Shown here one piece after another: positions 27,450-36,196 of a stretch of 64,000 nucleotides of DNA. The stretch is taken from contig CAUJIP010000026.1 in the NCBI GenBank assembly GCA_963205235.1, positions 8,042 through 72,041 on the forward strand, given 5' to 3'. A model generated the notes under the pieces. The model saw nothing but the letters and a program-made list of their open reading frames with translations, did not search any database and was not told the DNA's origin. Numbering within the stretch: the first letter of the stretch is position 1; each line of letters starts with the position of its first letter. Position numbers and translations under genes: made by a program. Source of the stretch: Pseudomonadota bacterium. GTDB lineage: Bacteria > Pseudomonadota > Alphaproteobacteria > Rhodobacterales > Rhodobacteraceae.

Positions 27450-29645
27450 ATGAGTATCGCCGAAGATTTCGCACGCGCGCCCATCTCGGCCTGCCCGGCC
27501 TGCGCCGTCGTGCCCGCCGCCGAACGGATCGCCGCCCTGCGCGCCGAACGGGATGGGCGGATCGTCCTGTCCCTGCCCGGCGCCGATGACGCCCAGTCGA
27601 TTTCCACCGTCGAAACCGCGCTGCAGGCCGTGCCCGGTGTACGGTCCGCGCGGGTCAACCTGACCCTGAAACGCGCCAGCGTCGAAACCGGACCCGACGT
27701 CACCGCCTCTGCCCTTGTCGCCGCCCTGTCCGCCATCGGCCAAGAGGCGCACGAACTTGACCCCGGTCTTCTGTCATCGACCGAGACCGACCGTCAGGGG
27801 CGCGAGCTTTTGATGCGGGTCGGCGTCGCGTTCTTTTCGATGATGAACGTCATGCTCCTGTCGGTCGCCGTCTGGTCCGGGGCCGAGGATGCGACGCGCG
27901 ACCTTTTTCACTGGATTTCCGGCGCGATTGCCCTGCCGACAGTGATCTTCTGCGGTCAGCCCTTCTTCAAATCCGCCTGGGCCTCCTTGCGCCAGGGCAA
28001 GCTTGGGATGGACGTGCCGATCAGCCTTGCCCTGATCCTTGCCTCGTCGATCTCGGTCTATGAAACTTGGCATTCTGGCCACCACGCCTATTTCGACGCC
28101 GCCGTGATGCTGGCCTTCTTCCTGCTGATCGGTCGCTATCTTGACCACCGTACCCGCGCTGTCGCCCGATCAGCCGCCGAAGAACTTGCCGCGCTCGAAG
28201 TGCCGCGCGCCATTGTTCTGGACGACGGCACCGAAGTTGAACGCCCGATCGCGCTTGTCGCCGTGGGCGATCTGGTGCTGGTCCGCCCCGGCGCGCGGAT
28301 GCCGGTCGATGGCATCGTGACCCATGGCGCATCCGAGATTGACCGAAGCCTTCTGACCGGTGAAAGCCTGCCCATCCCGGCGCAGGCAGGCACCATCGTC
28401 AGCGCGGGCGAGGTCAACCTGACCGGACCCCTGACCGTGCAGGTCACCGCCGCAGGCAAGGATTCCAGCCTGCACCGCATGGCTGACCTTGTCGCCGTCG
28501 CCGAAGGCACGAAGACCCGCTATACCAGCCTTGCCGACCGCGCTTCCCGACTTTACTCGCCCCTGGTCCACCTGCTGTCGTTCAGCGCCTTTGGCTATTG
28601 GATGTGGGCCACCGGCGGCGATGCCCGCTATGCCATCAACATCTCTGCCGCCGTCCTGATCATCACCTGCCCCTGTGCGCTTGGCCTTGCGGTTCCCGCC
28701 GTGATCACCTCGGCCTCGGGCAAGCTGTTCCGCAAGGGCCTGTTGATCAAGCATGGCACCGCGCTGGAGCGTCTGGCCGAAGTCGATACCGTGATCTTCG
28801 ACAAGACCGGCACCCTGACCCTTGGCATGCCCGAACCGCAAGGGCTTGACGACCACCCGGACGAGGTTCTGGCCATCGCCACCGCCCTTGCCGCCGGATC
28901 GTCGCACCCCTTGGCGCGCGCCCTTGCGGACGGGGTCCGCGCGAAAGGCATCGCCCCGGCAGCGGTCCAAGACATTCTTGAAGTCCCCGGCCATGGGATT
29001 GAAGGCCGTTGGCAAGGCAACCGCGTCCGGCTTGGCCGGGCCGACTGGTGCGGTGCAAACGCCCTTGCCGCCACCGCGACCTACCTGTCGCTGGGGGACC
29101 AGTCCCACGCCTTCGCCTTCACCGACCGCCCGCGCCCCGGTGCCGCAGAGGCCGTCACCGCCCTGCAAGCCGCTGGCCTGACGGTCGAGCTTCTGTCGGG
29201 TGACACCGAAGCCCCAGTCCGCGATCTTGCGCAGCGCCTTGGCATCGGCAACTGGCGGGCAGGTGTGCTTCCGGCTGAAAAATCCGCCCGTGTGGCCGAA
29301 CTTACCGCCCTTGGCCACAAGGTCCTGATGGTCGGCGACGGGCTGAACGATACGGCTGCACTGGCCGCAGCGCATGTGTCGATCTCTCCTGCCACAGCGC
29401 TTGACGCCGCAAGGGTCGCCTCCGACATCGTGCTGCTGGGGCAGGACATTGCCCCCATCGCCGATGCCGTGCGGATCGGTCGGCAATCAGCCCGCCGGAT
29501 GATCGAGAATTTCATCATCTCGGGCGGCTACAACGTGATTGCCGTGCCGCTGGCATTGGTCGGCGCTGCAACCCCCCTTGCCGCCGCCTTGGCGATGTCG
29601 CTTTCCTCGATTACCGTCTCGTTGAACGCAATGCGGCTGAAATAG
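27450..29645 (+). CDS. ccoI: Copper-translocating P1B-type ATPase CcoI/FixI
   Basis: TGES, CPC (ITCPCALGLA), DKTGTLT and GDGLND motifs. 731 aa. Confidence 0.9.
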   Translation: MSIAEDFARAPISACPACAVVPAAERIAALRAERDGRIVLSLPGADDAQSISTVETALQAVPGVRSARVNLTLKRASVETGPDVTASALVAALSAIGQEAHELDPGLLSSTETDRQGRELLMRVGVAFFSMMNVMLLSVAVWSGAEDATRDLFHWISGAIALPTVIFCGQPFFKSAWASLRQGKLGMDVPISLALILASSISVYETWHSGHHAYFDAAVMLAFFLLIGRYLDHRTRAVARSAAEELAALEVPRAIVLDDGTEVERPIALVAVGDLVLVRPGARMPVDGIVTHGASEIDRSLLTGESLPIPAQAGTIVSAGEVNLTGPLTVQVTAAGKDSSLHRMADLVAVAEGTKTRYTSLADRASRLYSPLVHLLSFSAFGYWMWATGGDARYAINISAAVLIITCPCALGLAVPAVITSASGKLFRKGLLIKHGTALERLAEVDTVIFDKTGTLTLGMPEPQGLDDHPDEVLAIATALAAGSSHPLARALADGVRAKGIAPAAVQDILEVPGHGIEGRWQGNRVRLGRADWCGANALAATATYLSLGDQSHAFAFTDRPRPGAAEAVTALQAAGLTVELLSGDTEAPVRDLAQRLGIGNWRAGVLPAEKSARVAELTALGHKVLMVGDGLNDTAALAAAHVSISPATALDAARVASDIVLLGQDIAPIADAVRIGRQSARRMIENFIISGGYNVIAVPLALVGAATPLAAALAMSLSSITVSLNAMRLK

Positions 29646-29658
29646 GGGCGGCTTCGAG

Positions 29659-29817
29659 ATGGAAATCCTTGTGATCCTGATCCCGGTTTCGCTTCTTCTG
29701 GGTGGAATCGGGCTTGCTGCCTTCTTCTGGGCGATGCGGACCCGGCAGTTTGACGACCCCAAGGGCGACGCGAACCGCATCCTGACCAAGGACTGGGATG
29801 ACCGGCCAAAGCCCTGA
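29659..29817 (+). CDS. ccoS: cbb3 oxidase maturation protein CcoS/FixS
   Basis: Not in the ORF track because it is under 60 aa. I translated MEILVILIPVSLLLGGIGLAAFFWAMRTRQFDDPKGDANRILTKDWDDRPKP* (52 aa), starting 13 nt after ccoI. Confidence 0.8.
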   Translation: MEILVILIPVSLLLGGIGLAAFFWAMRTRQFDDPKGDANRILTKDWDDRPKP

Positions 29818-29819
29818 AA

Positions 29820-29898
29820 CCAGAAGTTAAGATCTGGTAAACAGATTTTACCAACTATCTGATATTGCTTGGATAAAGGAATTTGTCCACGGTGGACA
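29820..29898. terminator. AT-rich convergent gap with three short hairpins
   Basis: ccaga / tctgg at 29820-29837, ggtaaa / tttacc at 29836-29852, tgtccac-g-gtggaca at 29884-29898. No clear U-tract. Confidence 0.3.
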
Positions 29899-29901
29899 GG
29901 G

Positions 29902-30579
29902 TCAGGCGATGGTGACCGTCGCGGATTGCAGCCCGTCGATTTCCACCCGGCAGGAGTCCCCCCGGACCAGCGGCCCGACCCCAGCCGGGGTGCCGGTGAA
30001 GATCAGATCGCCAGGCGCAAGGCTGACCAGCTGCGACAGGGCCGCGATGATCGCAGGCGGGCTCCAGATCATGTCCGACAGCCGCGCCTCTTGCCGGATC
30101 ACCCCGTTTACCAGACAGCGCAGGGTCGCATCCGGAAGCGGGCCGGGTCGGATCGCCCCGACGACGGCTGACTTGTCGAACCCCTTTGCCATGTCCCAGG
30201 GGCGGCGGCTGGCCTTCGCCTCGGCCTGCAGATCGCGGCGGGTCAGGTCATTGCCGGCGGCATGCCCCCAGATCATCGCAGCGGCGGCATCCTCGGTGAC
30301 CATCGCCCCGGCCTTGCCGATGGCGACGACCAGTTCCCCCTCATGATGCAGGTTCGTTGTCGCAGTCGGATAGGCAATCGTGCTCCCACTTTCGACCACC
30401 GCATCGGCGGGCTTGGTGAAAAAGAACGGCGGTTCCTTGTCGTCAGCCCCCATTTCGCGGGCATGCTCGGCATAGTTTCGACCCACGCAGAAGATGCGGC
30501 GGATTGGAAAGCGTTCGACACGGCCAGTCACGGCAAGGGTAACGGTCGGCAGAGCGGGGAAGACCAGAGCGATGCCCAT
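29902..30579 (-). CDS. Fumarylacetoacetate hydrolase (FAH) family protein
   Basis: Start trimmed to MGIALVFPALP. Contains RIFCVGRNYAEHAREMG, FFTKPADA and GDLIFTGTPAGVG. Confidence 0.85.
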   Translation of the reverse strand: MGIALVFPALPTVTLAVTGRVERFPIRRIFCVGRNYAEHAREMGADDKEPPFFFTKPADAVVESGSTIAYPTATTNLHHEGELVVAIGKAGAMVTEDAAAAMIWGHAAGNDLTRRDLQAEAKASRRPWDMAKGFDKSAVVGAIRPGPLPDATLRCLVNGVIRQEARLSDMIWSPPAIIAALSQLVSLAPGDLIFTGTPAGVGPLVRGDSCRVEIDGLQSATVTIA

Positions 30580-30583
30580 GAGA

Positions 30584-32509
30584 TCAGCCCCCGACCGTCT
30601 CGCAGGGGATGGCGCGGGCGGACAGGCGGCGGCAGGCAAGTTCAGCCTGCTCTTCGGTCAGACCCATGAAGCTGGCCCGCCAGACACCGCCCGACTGCGA
30701 GGTCTTGCGCAGCCCATCGTTCAACGTCGCACTTTCGGCAAGCGCGGTCTTCAGAAGCGCCCGTTCCGCCTCATACCGCGAGGGGTATTCGCCGACGTTC
30801 ACCCCGAAATGCCGCCCGCCCGAGCTTGACATCACCACGACGACTTCTTCCTGCGCTTCCTCGACCGGAGCCTCGGCCACTTCGACGGTATCGAAGATGG
30901 GCGCCTTGCGTTCGGGCTGCGGGGCGGTGACCGTCGCGGCAGCCAGTTCGGCAGTTGGGGGGGCCATGTCGGTCTGACCTGCGACAGTCTCGACATCGGA
31001 CACCCCGGCAATAAGCAGGGTCGGGTCTTCCGCCCGTGTCACGTCCGGGCCGGGATCAGTGACCACCAGCTCGGGTTCCGGCGTTGCTTCGGCCACCACG
31101 ACGGGGGCGGGCTCGACGGGAGTTTCCACTTCGACCTCGGCGGAAGCGACCGCCGTTTCCGCCAACGTTTCCGGGCGCAGCTTCGGTTTCGCTTCGGCCA
31201 GCGCCGGATCGAGGACGGGATCAACTACCGGTGCGGTCGCATCTGCCGTCGCCGTATCCGCCAGCAGGGCAACCTGCGCCTCAAGCGTGCCGGGTTCGAC
31301 CGCGACAGGCGAGGCGGGATCGACGGGGTCTGCGGCCGCCAGAGCGATCTCGACCTCTTCGATCTCAGCAGGTTCTGCGGGGGTTTCGGTTGCAGCCATT
31401 GCTTCGGCCTGGAACTCCAGCGTGCCTTCGGCTGCGGGTTCGGCGGTCGCTTCGGCCAGCGCGCCGTCGATGCCTTCAGCCATCGCAATCGCCACGTCAT
31501 CGGGCACACTTGGCAAGTCGGGTCGGCGTTTCGGTCGCAGAGACGTTGTCACTTCACCCGAGACGCGAATGGTCTTGCCGGCCCCGCCTTCGGCGTCGAT
31601 TTCGTCGATGCCGTCTTCAATCGATGCAATCAGCGCCTCGTCCGGCAGCGGGGCCGCCGTCGGGGGCTGTTCCTTGGCATTCTTCGGGGCCTTTTCGAAG
31701 CCCAGGTCCATCAACTCGGCCATCTTGGCGTTACGGTCAGCCGACGACGTGCCGCCAAATACAGTGGCGATGATGTGCTTGTCGCCGCGATGGGCCGAAG
31801 CTGTCAGGTTGAACCCCGCGGGCGAGGTGTAGCCGGTCTTGATCCCGTCAGCACCTTCATAGCTGTCCAGAAAGCGCGAGTTCGTGTTGGTCACGGTCGC
31901 GACGCCCGCGTCCGCCGTCCGACGCGAGAAGATGCCGAAATACTGCGGAAAATCGTAGAACAGATGCCGCCCCATGACGTTCATGTCATAGGCGGTCGAC
32001 AGATGCCCCTCGGCCGTCAGACCGTTGGCATTCTTGAAGGTGGTGTTGTTCATGCCAAGTTCGCGCGCGGTCGCGGTCATACGCTTGGCAAAGGCCGTGT
32101 GATCGCCACCGATCGCGTCGCCAAGTGCGGCGGCGGCGTCATTGGCGGATTTGATGGCCGCGGCGCGGATCAGATACCGGATGGCGATCTTCTGACCCGG
32201 CTTCAACCCCAGGCGCGATGGCGGCTGTGATGCAGCATAGTCTGACACCGTGACTTTGGTATCGAGCGACAGGTTGCCTGCCTCGATTTCCTGAAAGACG
32301 ATGTACAGCGTCATCATCTTGGTCAGCGATGCGGGATGCAGACGGGTATTTGCGTTCTTTTCGTAGAGGATCTCACCCGTGCGAGCGTCCATCACGATGG
32401 CTGCAAAGGGCGCAGCCTGAAGCGGGCTTGTCGCCAGAACGGCGAAAGCCACGAAAAGCACGAAACCTGTGCGAAGAATCCGCCCGAGAAGCGATGCCAC
32501 GTCGCCCAC
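30584..32509 (-). CDS. Serine-type D-Ala-D-Ala carboxypeptidase (S11) with a long low-complexity linker and C-terminal SPOR domain
   Basis: SLTK, SAND and KTGYT motifs lie within the first ~270 aa. An acidic A/E/P/V/T-rich linker of ~290 aa follows. The last ~80 aa are SPOR-like (FGVNVGEY...WRASFMGLTEEQAELACRRL). Confidence 0.85.
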   Translation of the reverse strand: MGDVASLLGRILRTGFVLFVAFAVLATSPLQAAPFAAIVMDARTGEILYEKNANTRLHPASLTKMMTLYIVFQEIEAGNLSLDTKVTVSDYAASQPPSRLGLKPGQKIAIRYLIRAAAIKSANDAAAALGDAIGGDHTAFAKRMTATARELGMNNTTFKNANGLTAEGHLSTAYDMNVMGRHLFYDFPQYFGIFSRRTADAGVATVTNTNSRFLDSYEGADGIKTGYTSPAGFNLTASAHRGDKHIIATVFGGTSSADRNAKMAELMDLGFEKAPKNAKEQPPTAAPLPDEALIASIEDGIDEIDAEGGAGKTIRVSGEVTTSLRPKRRPDLPSVPDDVAIAMAEGIDGALAEATAEPAAEGTLEFQAEAMAATETPAEPAEIEEVEIALAAADPVDPASPVAVEPGTLEAQVALLADTATADATAPVVDPVLDPALAEAKPKLRPETLAETAVASAEVEVETPVEPAPVVVAEATPEPELVVTDPGPDVTRAEDPTLLIAGVSDVETVAGQTDMAPPTAELAAATVTAPQPERKAPIFDTVEVAEAPVEEAQEEVVVVMSSSGGRHFGVNVGEYPSRYEAERALLKTALAESATLNDGLRKTSQSGGVWRASFMGLTEEQAELACRRLSARAIPCETVGG

Positions 32510-32586
32510 CCTTTGCCTGTCGGCCCGGATTTTCCGGTGCCATTATTCTGCCTCGGGAGACAGGCTAGCACAGAGGATTCATTCCG

Positions 32587-32611
32587 AAAACCCATAAAAT
32601 CCAATGGGTTT
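32587..32611 (-). terminator. Possible terminator hairpin downstream of the HAD gene
   Basis: aaaacccat / atgggtttt 8-9 bp stem with an 8-nt loop, in an AT-richer stretch. Confidence 0.35.
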
Positions 32612-32694
32612 GCCACATTCCTTCATGTAGTTGCAGGAATGTCTCACCGCGCCGAAAGTTGGGCCACATATAGGGGGATAGGGCCACAAAGGCG

Positions 32695-33402
32695 CTAATC
32701 CTTGCGGGGGGCGATCAGGCTTGCAACCAGGGCGGGAAGCGCGCCAAGCGAGGTCAGGGCATGAAAACGCCGGTGGTCCTGCGGCGGATCGGCGGCTTCC
32801 AGTGCCCAGGTCAGGCCATGTGGCACATGCACACCCCATGACCCGGCCTCAAGCGCGGGAATGACATCGGATTTCAGCGAATTGCCGACCATCATCGCCT
32901 GATCGGCCCCGGTGCCGTGGCGGGAAAATATCTGGCGATAGGCTTCGGCGGTCTTGTGGCTGACGATTTCGACCCCGTCAAAAAGATCGCCAAGGCCGGA
33001 TTGCGCCAGTTTCCGTTCCTGATCCAGAAGGTCGCCCTTGGTGATCAGAACCACCCGGTACTCGGCGGCCAGTTCCGTGACCGTGGCTCGGACGGCGGGC
33101 AAAAGTTCGATCGGGTGTTCCAGCATGTCGCGCCCGGCGGCGATGAGTTCGCCGATGACAGCGGCGGGAACCCGGCCCTCGGTCACCTCGATCGCGGTTT
33201 CGATCATGGACAGGGTGAACCCCTTCACGCCAAAGCCATAGTGGCCGATGTTGCGGCGCTCGGCCGCCTCAAGCCGTTCGGCAAGGTGGTCGGGAGCGGC
33301 GTAAGCGGACAGAAGCGAGGCAAAGCGGTCTTGCGTCAGGCGAAAGAAGCTTTCGTTCTGCCAAAGCGTGTCATCCGCATCAAAGCCGATTGTGGTCAGC
33401 AT
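32695..33402 (-). CDS. HAD family hydrolase
   Basis: Motif I IGFDADDTLW. Later motifs VLITKGD and MMVGNSLKSDV. Confidence 0.8.
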   Translation of the reverse strand: MLTTIGFDADDTLWQNESFFRLTQDRFASLLSAYAAPDHLAERLEAAERRNIGHYGFGVKGFTLSMIETAIEVTEGRVPAAVIGELIAAGRDMLEHPIELLPAVRATVTELAAEYRVVLITKGDLLDQERKLAQSGLGDLFDGVEIVSHKTAEAYRQIFSRHGTGADQAMMVGNSLKSDVIPALEAGSWGVHVPHGLTWALEAADPPQDHRRFHALTSLGALPALVASLIAPRKD

Positions 33403-33534
33403 TCCAGCCCTTCCTGACGCTGCCCGCAGCGCCCCTTTCCGTCCCCACAGAACAGGCTATAATCCCGCCGGTCAATGCCACCCCCGAATCCCCTTTGACG
33501 GAGCCCGAGTTTCGTGTCCATCCGGCCTTTCACG

Positions 33535-33855
33535 ATGTCCGACAAAAAGGATGGCCCGGGGAATGACAGCGGCCTTCTGACCAAAACCAAGACCGAAACG
33601 AAGCGTCCGCCGATGTACAAGGTGATGCTTCTGAACGACGATTACACGCCGATGGAATTCGTGGTGCATGTGTTGGAACGGTTCTTCGGCCTGAACCATG
33701 CGCAGGCCTTCGACATCATGCTGACCGTCCACAAGAAGGGTCTGGCGGTGGTTGGCGTGTTCAGTTTCGAGGTGGCGGAAACCAAAGTGGCGCAGGTTAT
33801 GGACTTTGCCCGCCGTCACCAGCATCCCCTGCAATGCACGATGGAAAAGGAATGA
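33535..33855 (+). CDS. clpS: ATP-dependent Clp protease adaptor
   Basis: [27 protein letters not shown]...[20 protein letters not shown]. Start trimmed to MSDKKDG. Confidence 0.9.
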   Translation: MSDKKDGPGNDSGLLTKTKTETKRPPMYKVMLLNDDYTPMEFVVHVLERFFGLNHAQAFDIMLTVHKKGLAVVGVFSFEVAETKVAQVMDFARRHQHPLQCTMEKE

Positions 33856-33903
33856 CCTTCCATCGCTTCCCGGAAAGGGCCTGAGGGGCATTGTCCCCCG
33901 CTC

Positions 33904-34899
33904 ATGCGTAGCGCTCGTCTTCAACTCGCCCTGGATAGTGGCGCGGTCAACCTGCCTGCGACGGGCATGATCGCCGTCTATCGCCCCCGCATCGGTGATG
34001 ACCTGTCGTCCCTGCCGCCCGACCGGGTGGTTGCGCTGACCGGGTTCAAGCCGGATCATGACCATTTCGCAAAGGTCTGTTCGGTGACGCCCTGCCCGCC
34101 CTATACGGCGGCGGTGGTCTGCCTGCCCCGGTCGCGCGAAGGGGCGCGGGCCTTGCTGGCGCAGGCGGCGGATGAGGTCAGCCCCGGCGGGTTGATCGTG
34201 GTGGATGGGCAGAAGACCGACGGGATCGACACGGCGCTGAAGGATCTGCGCGGGTTGGTCGAGGTGTCAGAAAGCCTGTCCAAGGCGCATGGCAAGCTGG
34301 CCAGTTTTGCTGCCGGACCCGGGCTTGAGGATTGGCGCGGGGCGATGCGGGGGATCGATGGGGGGTTTCAGACCCAGCCGGGTATCTTTTCCGCCGATAC
34401 GCCCGATCCCGGGTCGGTTCTGTTGGCAGGGGCGCTGCCATTGGACCTTGGCGGCAAGGTGGCCGATCTGGGGGCTGGCTGGGGCTTTCTGGCGCGGGAA
34501 ATCCTGCGCCGACCGAAGGTCAAGCGGCTGGATCTGGTCGAGGCGGAAGCGGATGCCTTGGCCTGTGCAAAGATCAACATTTCTGACGAGCGCGCCCGGT
34601 TCCATTGGGCGGATGCCACGACATGGAAGCCCGAAAGCCTGCTGGACGTGGTGGTGATGAACCCGCCGTTCCATCAGGGGCGCGACGCGGACCCTGCCTT
34701 GGGGGCGGCGTTCATTCAGGCCGCTCGGCGGATGTTGGCGCCCAAGGGTTCGCTCTGGTTGGTTGCAAACCGGCATCTGCCCTATGATGCGGTGCTGGCG
34801 GACGCTTTCCTTGAATGCAACGAGATTGCCGGAACCCCTGCCTTCCGGGTGATCCATGCCACAAAACCCCGCTTTCAGCCCGCAAAGCCGAAACGCTGA
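33904..34899 (+). CDS. Class I SAM-dependent rRNA (guanine-N2) methyltransferase, RsmC/RlmG-like
   Basis: VADLGAGWGFL and VVMNPPFHQG motifs. 331 aa. Confidence 0.75.
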   Translation: MRSARLQLALDSGAVNLPATGMIAVYRPRIGDDLSSLPPDRVVALTGFKPDHDHFAKVCSVTPCPPYTAAVVCLPRSREGARALLAQAADEVSPGGLIVVDGQKTDGIDTALKDLRGLVEVSESLSKAHGKLASFAAGPGLEDWRGAMRGIDGGFQTQPGIFSADTPDPGSVLLAGALPLDLGGKVADLGAGWGFLAREILRRPKVKRLDLVEAEADALACAKINISDERARFHWADATTWKPESLLDVVVMNPPFHQGRDADPALGAAFIQAARRMLAPKGSLWLVANRHLPYDAVLADAFLECNEIAGTPAFRVIHATKPRFQPAKPKR

Positions 34900-34917
34900 C
34901 CTTCGACGAGGCTTACC

Positions 34918-35730
34918 ATGTCCTTTTCCGTTTCCGGCAAGACTGCCATCGTGACCGGCTCGGCCTCGGGCATCGGGCTGGCCATTGCGCGGCATCTTCT
35001 GGACAAGGGCGCGAACGTGATGTTCGCCGATATCGACGAGGACCGGCTGGAGGATGAGCTTGGCGAAGAAGCGCGGGCAGAAGGGCCGGTTCGGATTTTT
35101 GCGGGTGATCTGACCGAAAAGCTGACTATCGCCAACCTGATGTCGGCCACCATCGACGCCTTTGACCGGGTGGATATTCTGGTCAACGCCAGCCGGAAGA
35201 TGGCGGTCTCCAACCCTTTGTCCGCAGACACGGACGCGGTGGAAGAATTGTGGCGGCAGAACGTGCTGTCGGCGCTGCGGATGTCGCAATGCGTGGCGCG
35301 GCGGATGATCCAGCATGCCGAAAAGGCGGGGGTCGAGCCAGGGACGATGATCGGGTCGATCATCAACCTGTCGTCGATCACGGCGCAGGTGACCCGGCCC
35401 GAGCTTCTGGCCTATTCGATGGGGGCTGCGGCGATTGACCAGATGACGCGGTCAATGGCGCTGGCGCTGGCACCCAAGGGGATCAGGGTCAATGCCGTCG
35501 CCTTCGGGTCGGTGATGAGCGGCAGTTTGCAGGCGGCGCTGAAGGACAACCCCGATTTCCGGGACGAGATCACCGCCGCCACCCCGTTGCAGCGGATCGC
35601 CGCCCCGGCCGAGATCGCCGAGACGGTGCAATTCCTGGCCTCGGACGCCTCGGGTTTCATGACCGGACAGGTGCTGGCGGTGGATGGCGGTCGCAGCCTT
35701 CTGGATGCCGCCACGCCGCCTGCACATTGA
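34918..35730 (+). CDS. SDR-family protein with non-canonical active-site motifs
   Basis: Cofactor motif TGSASGIGLA is present. NNAG is replaced by NASR, and the YxxxK position reads AYSMGAAA, so there is no Lys. Confidence 0.75.
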   Translation: MSFSVSGKTAIVTGSASGIGLAIARHLLDKGANVMFADIDEDRLEDELGEEARAEGPVRIFAGDLTEKLTIANLMSATIDAFDRVDILVNASRKMAVSNPLSADTDAVEELWRQNVLSALRMSQCVARRMIQHAEKAGVEPGTMIGSIINLSSITAQVTRPELLAYSMGAAAIDQMTRSMALALAPKGIRVNAVAFGSVMSGSLQAALKDNPDFRDEITAATPLQRIAAPAEIAETVQFLASDASGFMTGQVLAVDGGRSLLDAATPPAH

Positions 35731-36120
35731 TCATTCCGGATATTCGGACTTGCACTGCGCGATGACCGCTTCGGCCGCCTTTGCCAGATCCTTGCGCTTG
35801 GCCTTCAGGTCTTCAAGCTTCTTGGCCTCATCGGCAAGGACGATGGTCTTTGGCCGTTGCACCGTCACATCATGTTCAATCATGCAGGGCACCGGGACCA
35901 CCGGCGGTTGGCCTTCGACCTGCGGCTGAGCGCAATATCCCCAATGTTCCTGGGTGATCGTGACATTCTCTATCGCATAGCCACGGTCGATATTCCCCTG
36001 CGTTTCGGCAATCAGGCGGTCCACCGTGCGCAGGTCGCGGGTGCCCGCGCTGATGCACTGTTCCTGCGGGGTGCCGCAGGCGGCCAGCAGGACAAGCATT
36101 GGAAGGACATGGCGTTTCAT
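35731..36120 (-). CDS. Hypothetical lipoprotein
   Basis: Start trimmed to MKRHVLPMLVLLAACGT (lipobox). 129 aa with four further Cys. Its stop abuts the SDR stop with no spacer. Confidence 0.6.
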   Translation of the reverse strand: MKRHVLPMLVLLAACGTPQEQCISAGTRDLRTVDRLIAETQGNIDRGYAIENVTITQEHWGYCAQPQVEGQPPVVPVPCMIEHDVTVQRPKTIVLADEAKKLEDLKAKRKDLAKAAEAVIAQCKSEYPE

Positions 36121-36196
36121 CGGGCTCTCCTTGGGCTGTGGCAAGCGGCGCGAAGGGATGCTAGGCAAGACGCGGACAGGAAATGGAGCTTGAAGG

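Noticed and set aside
28170-29486. 438-aa minus-strand ORF, plus several 100-150-aa ORFs in the same region
   Set aside because: Antisense or out of frame relative to ccoI, which shows CPC, DKTGT and GDGLND motifs.
33458-33463. Perfect TATAAT hexamer upstream of clpS
   Set aside because: There is no convincing -35 element at 16-18 bp spacing, so I did not call a promoter.
34267-35316. 349-aa minus-strand ORF, and the similar 58078-59286 (402 aa) and 57984-58814 (276 aa) ORFs
   Set aside because: Antisense to the RsmC-like/SDR genes and to nudC respectively. The sense-strand products carry NPPF, TGxxxGxG and Nudix-box motifs.
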